This document shows positions 27,539 through 39,491 of a stretch of 64,000 nt of DNA, piece by piece. Position 1 is the stretch's first letter, and each line of letters begins with the position of its first letter. Under the pieces are notes generated by a model. The model was not told the origin of the DNA, did not search any database, and saw only the letters and a list, made by a program, of their open reading frames with translations. Position numbers and translations under genes: made by a program. The stretch is from assembly GCA_013239625.1 (NCBI GenBank), contig MU054001.1:6559078-6623077 (forward strand), written 5' to 3'. The stretch comes from Lama guanicoe. Taxonomy: Eukaryota.

Positions 27539-28141
27539 TATGTTAGTTTTCTCTTGCTGCTAACAAATTACCATAAACTTAGTGGCTTAAAACAACACAA
27601 ATTTATTCTTGTACAGTTGAGGTCAGAACCCCATATGTGGTTGACACTGAGCTAAAATCAAGGCATCAGCAGGGCTCCATTCTTTCTGGAGGCTTTGGGG
27701 AGAATCCATTCCCTTACCTTTCATGAACTTCTTGAGGTCTCCTACATTCCTTGGCTCATGGCCCCTTCCTCCCTCTCCAGATCCAACAGTGTAGCATCTT
27801 CAAATTCCTGACCCTAACCCATCTAGCCTTCTTCTTTCACTTATAAGAACCCTTGTGATTACATTGAGCCCACCTGGATAATCCAAAGTAATCTCCCCAT
27901 CTCAAGATCCTTAATCATGTGCTTGCTTCAGCAGCAAATATACTAAAATTGGAACAATACAGAGAAGATTACCATGGCCCCTGCATGAGGATGACATGCA
28001 AATTCAGCAAGCATTCCATATTTTTAAGAGGAAAAAAAACCCTTAATCACATCTGCAAAGTCCACTTGCAGCATTATATTTAGCAGGTTCTGGGAATTAG
28101 GATATGAACCTCTTTAGGGGATAATTATTCTGCTTACTACA
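27539..28141 (-). mobile_element. MLT1 (ERVL-MaLR) solo LTR, MLT1C/D/E-like, interrupted by the U6 copy
   Basis: ttagttttctcttgctgctaacaaattaccataaacttagtggcttaaaacaac ... taatcacatctgcaaagtcc ... attctgcttactaca. Confidence 0.85.
27919..28025 (+). pseudogene. Full-length U6 snRNA retropseudogene
   Basis: gtgcttgcttcagcagcaaatatactaaaattggaacaatacagagaagatt...ttccatattttt matches U6 end to end. A-rich tail at 28026-28039; TSD core ccttaatca at 27909-27917 and 28041-28049. Confidence 0.95.
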
Positions 28142-28879
28142 CTCCCACATAAGTTTTTGTTAAGAATAGAGGAATTAATATAGATAAATCACAAGAGAGG
28201 CCTAATATACAATAAATATTCAAAAAGTGTATCTGCTATTATTTGTCAATGTTAATGTTTTTTTCCCTGGATCCATAATATCCCTTTATTAATAAGGACA
28301 GTGAGTTCCAAATATCTGAGAAACACTGGTACTCTGCCTGCCTTCAGAATAGTCCCATTCAGAGATCTCCTTGACTTCTTCTTGACCTTTTCTTGTCATA
28401 TAGATCTTTTTTAATAGATATTACAAAATTTATGAAATATGGATATGGAAGATATCAGTATTTTTAGTGAAAGCTACCATAAGCATCTGTGAATCAAAAG
28501 AATATATTCCTATTTCCTAACTTTTTTCTTTCAATATTCAATTAATATTTTGAATTTTTTATTCTCAGTATTTTGGCCTTCCTCTATGTTAGTAGAGATC
28601 ATAGCTTCTTTCCCTGTCACTTGGTCATTCTTTTTACCGAAGCCTAGTGGTGCCTTTTCCCACTTTATAGATTATGAGTTTAGAAGCAAGCAGATGAGTT
28701 CTTTCCCAGTTGAACAGCAGAGGAGTTTAGAAATGTCCCTTTAATACTCTGTATACAGAGAGTCTGTGCATGTTCCTTTTAAATAGCTCCATGAAGACAG
28801 ATAGTATCAGTTTGTTTGTCAGTGTCTTAGAGAATCTAGCACAGGACTTTGTGTTTAACAATTTGTCAGTTGACTTCTG

Positions 28880-30291
28880 TAGCACGAAAATGTCATCCCT
28901 TCATCTACACTCATCCCTCTTCCTTTTTCTCGTGACTAAAAATTAATGCTCTAACTATGCTGAGGGTCCTACATACATCTCAGGGACCTCATTCAGTTGC
29001 TTATTCTGTCTGGCCCATGTAGTCAACTCCATCCTTGTTGGTGCCAGGGAATCAGCATTTAAGAGTGCCTAAATCTCCCTTATCTATAAACACATATACA
29101 GGTACTACCTCCAAAACCCCACCTCCTCTCCAGTCACTGCCTAATCCCTGTTTTTCCTTCCTAGCCAGACTTCTTGAGTTCTCTACAGTTGGATCTCTCC
29201 AGTTGTTTACTTCCAAATCTTTAACCCACTGTGCAGTCTAGTCCTTGGCCTTACACCACTGAAAGTGCACTTGATTCTGCTGATCACTTCTTCCAGGAAC
29301 ACTCCCTTCCTGGCTTCCTTTACACTCTCCTTTCCTGGATCCTCTCCTATGTCCCTGGCCACTCTCCCAGCTTCCTTTGTGGACTTGCCCTCTGCTCATC
29401 CTTTACAGGTTGCTGCATCTCAGGATTCCATTCCAAGTTTTCTTTTCACTCTATATGTACTCCAAGTATTTCAGTCTCTCCCCTGACTTTTCTTTTTTTT
29501 TTTTTCTTTGCTATTTGTGGCACTGATTACTCCCAAATTTACCATCTGTCCCTCCTGAGTTTCAGACCTTTATATCTGAGTGTCTTACCAGGACCTCAAA
29601 ACTAAAATCGAGTGTTTCCCCCCAGTAAACTACTCATGTTCCCTATCCAGTTACTTTTTCCTTTCCCTCACCCCCACATCTACTAGATTACTGTTCTCTC
29701 CCCTTAACTGCCCCTTCTCTGTGTCTGCTACTTTCTATCATCATTTTTCACCTGACTACAGTTATCTGAGCCATCCTTCAGAAAGCGACCTCAGCGATCT
29801 TTGTAAAATACGAACCTTCAGTGGCTGCCCTCTGCCCTTGAGCAATGGGTCTAATCTAGTTTATTGAGTTAGAGCCTCTGTTTACCCCTTGCTGTCCTTG
29901 CTCACACCCTCTCCCAGCTCGCTGTCAGCCACACTGAACTACTATGTCCTCCATGCTCTCTCATCTCCAGCCTCTTGCGTGTTATTCCTCTACCTGCAGC
30001 CTCCTCTTCTCCAGCTTCTCAGAGTCCTCCATGTGACCTTCAGGTCAGCTCTTAGACCATATCTCCTCTGAGAATCCTTTGCTGGCTCCCCTTTGACGTA
30101 GGATTGGACACATCTTCTATTGTTTCTCAGCAGCCTGTGCTTAGTTAGTCCTACTGCTTACCACTTCAGTCATGTAGTGAGTTTTCTGTCCTAAGTCCTT
30201 GAAGAGGAAAGGCTGTGTCTTGTTTATTATTCTGTCCTTACTTCCTAACACAGTGCCTGACACAATACATATTTGATGTATGAATAAATGA
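28880..30291 (+). mobile_element. L2 LINE 3' portion
   Basis: Pyrimidine-rich body ending acagtgcctgacaca...tatttgatgtatgaataaatga, an L2 3' terminus. Confidence 0.7.
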
Positions 30292-31963
30292 GCTTTTCCT
30301 AAAATTTGGTTTGTTTTCTGATAGTCCTACACTGATCAATTTACTATACCGTCTCTTTACCACGATCACATATTCATTGTTAAGTTTGAACAGTTGCAAA
30401 ATAAACCACAACTTATTCACAAGAGAAATGTACTCTGCAAAGCCCTAATATAAAGGGAAACTTCCCTTACTTGGGTTCCCAGAGATATGTCTTTTTACCA
30501 TCCTTTACAAAGGGAAAAAATGTCTTGCAGTTTTAAGAAGAAACCAAAATTGAAAGAAAATAAAATATTGAAGAGTAAAGAGAATAATATATTGAATTTA
30601 ATGTCTTGAAGAAATGAGTAAGAAACAATATTAAAAAGTCAGTATTAAACTAAATTGGGCAATGCAGCTAACACTAATGAACATAAAGAAAAATATCAGT
30701 GAGTGTTTATGAAAAACATGATGGATTACCTTTGAGAAAAATTAAGTGCACACTGTAAGGCAGCTATCTTTCTAATGTTCTAGAATAATAAACTTATATT
30801 GCATAATCAAACCTAACACTGATATTTATCTAATATAATATGTCTTGTAAGTCCTTCCAGTTTTGTCTTATCTTCCAGAGCCAATGATGTAGAATATATT
30901 TGGTCTTCATTGTAGGAGCCCAGTTCCTTGAAACAAATCCTTAGATAATCAGGTCCTTGACACTGACACAGAAACCACCAAAATTTCTCCCGGCTACTGA
31001 AAAAGGTTATTTCTTAAGAAAATAGAGGCATTCCAACCCTGATTTTGTAGACATCAACAGGCATACAGAGGATAGTTAGTTTAAAAGAATCTTATAATAC
31101 AACACCTAAACTACATCATACATCACATCAGTGTGACACATCCTTGAGCAAGGGAAGAAGGAAAAAAAAAAACTAAATATAGTCCTTTTTTTACTTATGG
31201 TATGGAAACATTGAGAGGTCAGTAATTTTTTTTAATTTCTCTGAACTCTTTCAAATATCAGACATGACATTTTAAAGGAAAGGCAAGATCATCTGTGGGA
31301 GATTTGTGCTAAGATTTTCACACAAAAAGTGAACTTGCTAGGTGATGGGGTACAGTGCTCAGCATTCCGTAGGAATAGCTAATGTCTTAACCTTGTCTTA
31401 CCAAAATGTATTAAGTCAATTTGCTAAATATGTTCCATGAAAATATGTTTCTGCTTTATCAAAAAAAAATTTTTAAGGAGAAAACAGTTCATTTTATAGA
31501 AACCCTAGTATGTATTGATTTCATTAAGCAAGAACTCTTTGCATTTAGACAACTAAGACTGTCATACCACTTACCATGGGTTGCATCCTCAAAACCATGA
31601 TAGGAAAATTCAAATGAAACTAAGCACATGCACCAGGTCCATTCCTAGATACCCTGACTCAGAGCCTGCCCCTACCACCTACAAACCTTGTTCTGTTCAA
31701 GTCAGGAACTTAAATGTCTCACTGTGTAAAGGAAGAAACTGTCTCATGAAATTTTGAAGAACTCCCTAATTATTCACTTAATATAGGAAATTAAAAGCAA
31801 TTACTTACTTTATATATCATTAAAAGTATGATATGTATATGGAACACATTTCTAAACATTAAAGTGTAGGATTGGCACAGAACTTTCTGTTAGACTGATA
31901 AGTATGTCAAACTACTTAGACATTTGTAATTTCTGCCTTATTGTGTCTCCTGTTGGATGGAAC

Positions 31964-32178
31964 AGGGGTGAGAAAATTCCACCCAATAGACCAAATCCAG
32001 CTTTCTGCCTATTGTTAGTGGAACATAGACATAATCATTTATATACATACATGTCTATGGCTGTTTTCAGGCTACTGCAGCAGAGTTAAGTAGTTGTAAC
32101 ACAAGATCTTGTGGCTCACAAAGCCTATAATATTTACTCTCTATCCGACTTTTCAGAGAAAGAGTTTACCAACTCCTA
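31964..32178 (+). mobile_element. MER58A-like hAT-Charlie MITE
   Basis: caggggtgagaaaa ... gcagagttaagtagttgtaacac ... aaagcctataatatttact ... gtttaccaactcct. Confidence 0.75.
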
Positions 32179-33124
32179 GGCTAGAATAACAACTGCAATA
32201 AAAAGTTAATTACTCTCATCCTTCTCTGATTTGCTGTGTGTTCTGACCAGTACACCTAATCTTTTTAAACCTGCACCCTAATTATCCATTTAATCAGATA
32301 TTTTCCTTTTCTGAGATGTTCCCTCCAAATTGTTTAAAACTATTTTTTGTGGCACTGCATAAACTACAGGATTCTTTCATTTGAATTATTCTGTATTTAG
32401 TGTTCAAGGTAAGACTCCTCCTCCCTTCATGGCTATTGTCTTATCTCTGAATCTAAGTCACATGCAAATTATAATTTGCTTCTAAATTTTGATAAAGGTT
32501 ACTTAATGCTGAAATATCTGTATTTTCTGGTGTATTCTACTTGCCTCTTTGTCAAGGCATCTCTGCTCGCAACAAGACCCTGCACTTCACTTATATACCT
32601 AGCTATTAGATAGCCTAAGGTTTACCTTTAGGAGGAAAAGATCATGCTGTTTTATAGTTAAGTATGAAAAATGAGTATGCTTCTGTAAGAACAGAACAGG
32701 CCATGAGAAAACATTTACACGATAAATACTTTAAGATCATGCCTTTTACAGCTAAATAAATTAAAGTAAATGTAAACATTGCAGGTGCTATCACAATTTA
32801 GAAAACTTCTTAATCTCAATTCAGATGTTTCTCTGCCTTTCAATTCTGTGAAATTTCAGTTCTGTGAACCCTCATTTAACTCCTTTGCATTATTATTGGT
32901 TGATAAAGGAGCACTGTTGCTAAAGAAACAATTTTCTGCACCACTAAAAGCAACTGAAAAGAATGAAAACTGAAGAGAATGAGAAGTGTTTCAAACATTG
33001 TTTTTTATGCACTCAACTGAATTAATGGTTTTATGCTCTTGTATTCAATCAAAACTCAATTGTTATACAATAGTATAGGTTACACTAAATACTCTCAGAA
33101 ACTGCCAATTTTTATGAAGTATAC

Positions 33125-33317
33125 AAAGTGTAGTCCCAGTAGATCAGTGGGTTCCAGAACCACCAGCATCAGCGTCTCCTGGGAACTTGTAAGAAATACA
33201 CACTCCCTGGTCCCACCAAGACCTACCGAGAAAGACATCTGGAGGTGCAGCCAGTGAACCTGTGGTTTAACACTCCCTCCTGGGGATTCTGATGTATGCT
33301 AAAGTTTGAAAACCACA
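33125..33317. mobile_element. MER5A-like hAT MITE
   Basis: accagcatcagcgtctcctgggaacttgtaagaaatac ... gattctgatgtatgctaaagtttgaaaaccac. Confidence 0.8.
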
Positions 33318-33599
33318 GCACCAGACTTTTAGAAAAGGCATTTACTGTAAGCTAACAACCTTGACTTTATATACAGCAATTATATATACTCCGAAGTGGA
33401 ATTACATTCCAAACATACATTCCTGCAAATAAATTATTCCTGTAGTTTTAGAATCCTACATTAAAGAAAACTAGAAGGTTAACTTGATAAATGTTTCTGG
33501 TTTTGATTAAAATAATTTGCTCACTCAGTAGTTCAACATAATTGAAAATAAGATTTCATTACCAAAAAGGACATTAATTTATTTGGCCAAAATTTAAAA

Positions 33600-33736
33600 A
33601 CTAATAGTGCATACATATTGAGCACTTACTGTGTGCCAGGCACTGTTCTAATTATTTTACACATGTTCACTCAATCTTTACTGCAATCCTATAAGATAGG
33701 TACATGATTATCCCAAATTTAAGATGAGGAAACTGA
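33600..33736 (-). mobile_element. MIR SINE, left part, split by the L1 (remainder at about 39474-39495)
   Basis: tattgagcacttactgtgtgccaggcactgttcta...gatgaggaaactga; the MIR core resumes as gaggttaaataacttacc after the L1. Confidence 0.8.
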
Positions 33737-34035
33737 GACACAGGCTTCAAATACATCTATTCATCTCCCCACCCCCTTTTTTTTTTAAAGGTTTTAAAAG
33801 GACGTCTCAACCCAATTAATACTCTGCTTCAACTCGCTCTTCTATTATTCATTATACACTGTTTTCAAACCCTCTTTCTCCCTTCTTTTAAAAATCTTTC
33901 TCTCTCTCTTATTATTTTTTCTTTTTTTCTCTTTTTTTTTCCTAAGTTCTATTCCTAAATAGGCATTAGATAGATAAAATCCTTAAGATCCAAAATAGAC
34001 AACTGATACTCCATAAACCACAGTGCCAGAGAGGT

Positions 34036-34938
34036 ATGAGCAAGATGAAGAAGCAGAGAAACCTTTCCCAATTAAAAGAACAAGAGGAATCCCCTGAAAG
34101 AAAGATCAATGAAATAGACATCGATAGCCTACTAGATCAAGATTTCAAAAAAGGAGTGATCAAATTACTGAAGGAATTAAAAGAGATAGTGCTTAGAGAG
34201 ATAAAATATGTCAAAAATGAAATTGAAGCTATAAAGAAGAGCCAAGCAGAATGGGTAAACTCATTGACAGAGATGAGGAATGATCTAATAGCTGTGCAAA
34301 GCCGACTAGTTAATGCAGAGGAACAAATTAGTGATCTACAAGACAGGGCAATAGAAAGCACCCATTCAGAAGAACTACAAGATAAGCAAATAAAAAATAA
34401 TGATAATAGCATAAGGGACCTATGGGATAATATAAAGCGTCCCAATCTTCGCATAATAGGGGTCCCAGAAGGGGAAGAAGGATCAAAGGGGATTGAAAAG
34501 GTTTTTGAAGAAATCATGACTGAAAACTTCCCAAACTTAAAGAAGGAATCAGATATCCAAGTACAGGAAGCTCAGAGGGTCCCAAACAGGAAGAATCCAA
34601 ATAGACCCACACCAAGACATATCATAATCAAGATGGCCAGAGTCAAGGATAAAGAAATGATTCTAAAGGCAGCAAGAGAAAAGCAAAGAGTGAATTACAA
34701 GGGAACCCCCATAAGGCTCTCAGCTGATTTCTCTACACAAACACTACAGGCCAGAAGGGAGTGGCAAGATATATTCAAAGCCCTGAATGAAAAAAAGATG
34801 CAGCCTAGGATACTTTATCCAGCAAGGCTATCCTTTAGGATAGAAGGAGAAATAAAGAGTTTCACAGACAAAAAAAAGCTGCAGGAGTTTAGCAACACTA
34901 AACCCATGCTAAAAGAAATATTGAAAGGGCTATTCTAA
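34036..34938 (+). CDS. LINE-1 ORF1p (300 aa; coiled coil, RRM, CTD)
   Basis: Uninterrupted ORF with heptad-rich N-terminal half and motifs NLRIIGVPE, RPTPRHII, AREK, ARREW and YPARLSF. Confidence 0.97.
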   Translation: MSKMKKQRNLSQLKEQEESPERKINEIDIDSLLDQDFKKGVIKLLKELKEIVLREIKYVKNEIEAIKKSQAEWVNSLTEMRNDLIAVQSRLVNAEEQISDLQDRAIESTHSEELQDKQIKNNDNSIRDLWDNIKRPNLRIIGVPEGEEGSKGIEKVFEEIMTENFPNLKKESDIQVQEAQRVPNRKNPNRPTPRHIIIKMARVKDKEMILKAAREKQRVNYKGTPIRLSADFSTQTLQARREWQDIFKALNEKKMQPRILYPARLSFRIEGEIKSFTDKKKLQEFSNTKPMLKEILKGLF

Positions 34939-35335
34939 ATAGAAAAGCAGCAGGATGCTACAGAAATGAGAAACTCACAACTGGAAAGGTGATAACTCAT
35001 GAATTACAAATAAAGAAAACACGAAATTATAAAAGAAGACATACAAATCACTGAGAGTGGGAGAGGGAGGCAGGGAAATATAGAATTTTTTTTCTTTCTT
35101 TTTTAAATTTTTTTAACAGTAGGATGGGTTTGAGATCATGTTATTATCAGTTTAATAAAAACGGGTATAGGTTAATAGATTTACAAAAAAGGGTAACCAC
35201 AAGTCAAAAATTTACAAGGGAGTCACAAAAATTAAATAAAATCCATGATAATACAAAGGAAAATTACCAAACCACAAAAGGAAGAAGAAAGGAACAAAGA
35301 GGATATACCAATTCAACTGCAAAGATAAGTTCAAA

Positions 35336-38300
35336 ATGGCAATAAACACACATCTATCATTAATTACTGTAAATGTTAATGGACTAAATGCTCCAGTCAA
35401 AAGACATAGAGTGGCAGACTGGATAATAAAGCAAGAACCTTCAATATGCTGCATACAAGAGACCCACTTTAGGGAGAAGGACACATATAGATTGAGAGTG
35501 AAAGGATGGAAAAGGATATTCCATGCAAATGGAAAAGCCAAAAAAGCAGGTGTTGCAGTACTGATTTCAGACAAAATAGACTTTAAAACAAAGGCCATAA
35601 AGAAAGATAAAGAAGGACATTTTATAATGATTAAAGGAGTGATACAAGATGAAGATATTACACTCGTTAATATATATGCACCCAATATAGGAGCACCTAA
35701 GTACATACAAGAATTACTAACAGAGATAAAGGGGGATATTGATGGGAATACAATCATAGTTGGAGATTTTAACACTGCATTAACATCACTAGACAGATCT
35801 TCCAGACAGAAAATAAACAAGGCAACAGAGAAATTAAATACTACAATAGAAAAACTAGATTTGGTGGATATTTTCAGAGCATTACACCCCCAAAAAATAG
35901 AATATACATTCTTTTCAAGTGCACATGGAACATTTTCCAGGATCGATCATGTACTTGGACACAAAAGAAACCTCAACAAATTTAAGAAGATAGAAATTAT
36001 CTCAAGCATCTTTACTGACCACAATGCCATGAAACTGGAAATCAACAACAGAGAAACAAAGGAGAAAAAAAGAAAAGCATGGAGATTAAACAATATGTTA
36101 TTGAAAAAACAATGGATCAATGAGGAAATCAAAGCTGAAATTAAAAAATACCTTGAGACAAATGATAATGAAAGCACAACCACTCAAAACCTATGGGACA
36201 CAGCAAAGGCAGTGCTAAGAGGGAAGTTTATAGCGATACAGGCCTTCCTCAAAAAAGAAGAACAATCTCAAATAAACAAGTTAACCCACCACCTGAATCA
36301 ATTAGAAAAAGAAGAACAAAAAGCCCCAAAAAGCAGCAGAAGGAAGGAAATAATAAAGATCAGAGAGGAATTAAATACAATAGAGATTAACAAGACCATA
36401 GAAAAAATCAACCAAACCAAAAGCTGGTTTTTTGAAAAAGTAAATAAAATCGACAAACCTCTGGCCAAACTCACAAAGAAGAAAAAAGAGAGAGCACAAA
36501 TTAGCAAAATAAGAAAGGAAAATGGAGAAATTACAACAAACAAAATAGAAATACAGAATATCATACGAGAATATTATGAAAAACTATATGGAACCAAACT
36601 GGATAACCTAGAGGAGATGGACAAGTTTCTGGAAACATACTGTCCACCAAAACTGAATCAAGAAGAAACTGAACACTTGAACAATCCGATCACTAGAAAG
36701 GAAATAGAAATAGCAATTAAAAACCTCCCTACAAATAAAAGTCCAGGACCGGATGGCTTCACCGGGGAATTCTACCAAACATACAAAGAAGAACTCATAC
36801 CAGTCCTTCTCAAACTCTTCCAGACGATTGAAAAGGAGGGAATACTCCCAAACTCATTCTATGAAGCCACCATCACCCTGATACCAAAACCAGGCAAAGA
36901 CACTACAAAAAAAGAGAATTATAGGCCAATATCACTGATGAACATAGACGCCAAAATCCTCACCAAAATTTTAGCAAATAGAATCCAACAACACATAAAA
37001 AAGATTATACATCATGACCAAGTGGGGTTCATCCCAGGGACACAAGGCTGGTTCAACATACGCAAATCAATCAATGTAATACATCACATCAACAAGAGAA
37101 AGGACAAAAACCACATGATCATCTCAATCGATGCAGAAAAAGCATTTGATAAAATTCAACACCCATTTATGATAAAAACTCTCGCCAAAGTGGGTATAGA
37201 GGGAACATATCTCAACATAATAAAAGCTATATATGACAAACCTATAGCCAGCATAGTTCTCAACGGTGAAAAACTCAAAAGCTTCCCACTAAAATCTGGG
37301 ACAAGACAAGGATGCCCACTATCACCACTCCTATTCAATATAGTCCTGGAAGTCCTAGCCACAGCAATCAGGCAAGAGAAAGAAATAAAAGGGATCCAAA
37401 TTGGAAAAGAAGAGGTAAAAGTGTCATTATATGCTGACGACATGTTACTATATATAGAAAACCCTAAAAGGTCCACAAAAAAGCTACTAGAGCTGATCGA
37501 AGAATTCAGCAAGGTAGCAGGTTACAAAATTAATGTTCAAAAATCAGTTGCCTTTCTTTACACTAACGATAAATCAACAGAAAAAGAAAGTAAAGAAACA
37601 ATCCCCTTTAAAATAGCACCCAAAGTAATAAAATATCTGGGAATAAATCTAACCAAGGAGGTGAAAGAATTATACACAGAAAACTATAAACCATTGATGA
37701 AGGAAATTAAAGAAGACTTTAAAAAATGGAAAGATATTCCATGCTCTTGGATTGGAAGAATCAATATTGTTAAAATGGTCACACTGCCCAAGGCAATCTA
37801 CAGATTTAATGCAATCCCTATCCAATTACCCAGGACATATTTCACAGAACTAGAACAAATCATAATAAAATTTATATGGAACCATCAAAGACCTAGAATT
37901 GCTAAAGCATTACTGAAGAGAAAGAAAGAGGCTGGAGGAATAACTCTCCCAGACTTCAGACAATACTATAGAGCTACAGTCATCAAGACAGCATGGTATT
38001 GGTACCAAAACAGACATATAGACCAATGGAACAGAATAGAGAGCCCAGAAATGAACCCACAAACTTTTGGTCAACTCATCTTCGACAAAGGAGGCAAGAA
38101 TATACAATGGAATAAAGACAGTCTCTTCAGCAAATGGTGTTGGGAAAACTGGACAGCAGCATGTAAAACAATGAAGCTAGAACACACCCTTACACCATAT
38201 ACAAAAATCAACTCAAAATGGATTAAAGACTTAAACATAAGACAAGATACAATAAACCTCCTAGAGGAAAACATAGGCAAAACATTATCTGACATACATT

Positions 38301-39133
38301 TCAAAAATTTTCTCCTAGAAGAAATAAAAGCAAGAATAAACAAATGGGACCTAATGAAACTTACAAGCTTCTGCAGAGCAAAGGAAACCAGAAATAAAAC
38401 AAGAAGAAAACCTACGGAATGGGAGAAAATTTTTGCAAGTGAAACCGACAAAGGCTTGATCTCCAAAATATATAAGCAGCTCATACGACTCAATAAGAAA
38501 AAAATAAACAACCCAATCCAAAAATGGGCAGAAGACCTAAACAAGCAATTCTCCAAGGAAGACATACAAATGATCAAAAAGCACATGAAAAAATGTTCAA
38601 TATCACTAATTATCAGAGAAATGCAAATCAAAACTACAATGAGGTATCACCTCACACCAGTCAGAATGGCCGTCATTCAAAAATCCAAAAATGACAAATG
38701 CTGGAGAGGCTGTGGAGAAAGGGGAACCCTCCTACACTGCTGGTGGGAATGCAGTTTGGTGCAGCCACTATGGAAAACAGTGTGGAGATTCCTCAAAAGA
38801 CTAGGAATAGACTTACCATATGACCCAGGAATCCCACTCCTGGGCTTGTATCCAGAAGGAAATCTACTTCAGGATGACACCTGCACCCCAATGTTCATAG
38901 CAGCACTATTTACAATAGCCAAAACATGGAAACAGCCTAAATGTCCATCAACAGGTGACTGGATAAAGAAGAGGTGGTATATTTATACAATGGAATACTA
39001 CTCAGCCATAAAAACCGACAACATAATGCCATTTGCAGCAACATGGATGCTCCTAGAGAATGTCATTCTAAGTGAAGTAAGCCAGAAAGAGAAAGAAAAA
39101 TACCATATGAGATCGCTCATATGTGGAATCTAA
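35336..39133 (+). CDS. LINE-1 ORF2p (1265 aa; APE endonuclease, reverse transcriptase, C-terminal Cys-rich motif)
   Basis: EN motifs NVNGLN, QETH, NIYAP, GDFN, SRIDH and TDHN; KSWFFE PIP-box region; RT motifs QGCPLSP, YADD and YLG; CWRGC...HCWWEC. Confidence 0.98.
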   Translation: MAINTHLSLITVNVNGLNAPVKRHRVADWIIKQEPSICCIQETHFREKDTYRLRVKGWKRIFHANGKAKKAGVAVLISDKIDFKTKAIKKDKEGHFIMIKGVIQDEDITLVNIYAPNIGAPKYIQELLTEIKGDIDGNTIIVGDFNTALTSLDRSSRQKINKATEKLNTTIEKLDLVDIFRALHPQKIEYTFFSSAHGTFSRIDHVLGHKRNLNKFKKIEIISSIFTDHNAMKLEINNRETKEKKRKAWRLNNMLLKKQWINEEIKAEIKKYLETNDNESTTTQNLWDTAKAVLRGKFIAIQAFLKKEEQSQINKLTHHLNQLEKEEQKAPKSSRRKEIIKIREELNTIEINKTIEKINQTKSWFFEKVNKIDKPLAKLTKKKKERAQISKIRKENGEITTNKIEIQNIIREYYEKLYGTKLDNLEEMDKFLETYCPPKLNQEETEHLNNPITRKEIEIAIKNLPTNKSPGPDGFTGEFYQTYKEELIPVLLKLFQTIEKEGILPNSFYEATITLIPKPGKDTTKKENYRPISLMNIDAKILTKILANRIQQHIKKIIHHDQVGFIPGTQGWFNIRKSINVIHHINKRKDKNHMIISIDAEKAFDKIQHPFMIKTLAKVGIEGTYLNIIKAIYDKPIASIVLNGEKLKSFPLKSGTRQGCPLSPLLFNIVLEVLATAIRQEKEIKGIQIGKEEVKVSLYADDMLLYIENPKRSTKKLLELIEEFSKVAGYKINVQKSVAFLYTNDKSTEKESKETIPFKIAPKVIKYLGINLTKEVKELYTENYKPLMKEIKEDFKKWKDIPCSWIGRINIVKMVTLPKAIYRFNAIPIQLPRTYFTELEQIIIKFIWNHQRPRIAKALLKRKKEAGGITLPDFRQYYRATVIKTAWYWYQNRHIDQWNRIESPEMNPQTFGQLIFDKGGKNIQWNKDSLFSKWCWENWTAACKTMKLEHTLTPYTKINSKWIKDLNIRQDTINLLEENIGKTLSDIHFKNFLLEEIKARINKWDLMKLTSFCRAKETRNKTRRKPTEWEKIFASETDKGLISKIYKQLIRLNKKKINNPIQKWAEDLNKQFSKEDIQMIKKHMKKCSISLIIREMQIKTTMRYHLTPVRMAVIQKSKNDKCWRGCGERGTLLHCWWECSLVQPLWKTVWRFLKRLGIDLPYDPGIPLLGLYPEGNLLQDDTCTPMFIAALFTIAKTWKQPKCPSTGDWIKKRWYIYTMEYYSAIKTDNIMPFAATWMLLENVILSEVSQKEKEKYHMRSLICGI

Positions 39134-39491
39134 AAAACAAAAACAAACAAACAAACAAAAACAAAGCATAAATACAGGACAGAAATAGACTCATGGACAG
39201 AGAATACAGACTTGTGGTTACCAGGGGGGTAGAGGGTGGGAAGGGATAGACTGGGATTTCAAAATTGTAGAATAGATAAACAAGATTACACTGTATAGCA
39301 CAGGGAAATATACACAAAATGTTATGATAAATCACAGAGAAAAAAATGTGACAATGAGTGTGTATATGTCCATGAATGACTGAAAAATTGTGCTGAACAC
39401 TGGAATTTGACACAACATTGTAAAATAATTATAAATTAATAAAAAATGTAAGAAAAAAAGATTAGGAAACTGAAATAGAGGTTAAATAACT

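Larger units (their letters stand above)
33737..39457 (+). mobile_element. Near-full-length LINE-1 with both ORFs intact, truncated within the 5'UTR, inserted in a MIR
   Basis: TSD aagatgaggaaactga (33721-33736) / aagattaggaaactga (39458-39473), 15/16 identical. Left junction TTT/AAGA fits an L1 endonuclease site. Contains ORF1, spacer, ORF2, 3'UTR, AATAAA at 39438 and a short A tail. Confidence 0.96.

Noticed and set aside
29035..30071. Cluster of Ser/Leu/Pro-rich ORFs
   Set aside because: They lie within a pyrimidine-rich decayed L2, with no splice or protein-family support.
33721..33743. A longer 23-bp diverged TSD (4 mismatches) that might imply gene conversion of an old L1
   Set aside because: A 16-bp TSD with one mismatch plus continuation of the MIR explains the junctions more simply.
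34137..38631. Long antisense ORFs (126, 202, 118 and 186 aa) with hydrophobic, membrane-like composition
   Set aside because: These are shadow frames of A-rich L1 coding sequence; the hydrophobicity follows from T-rich codons.
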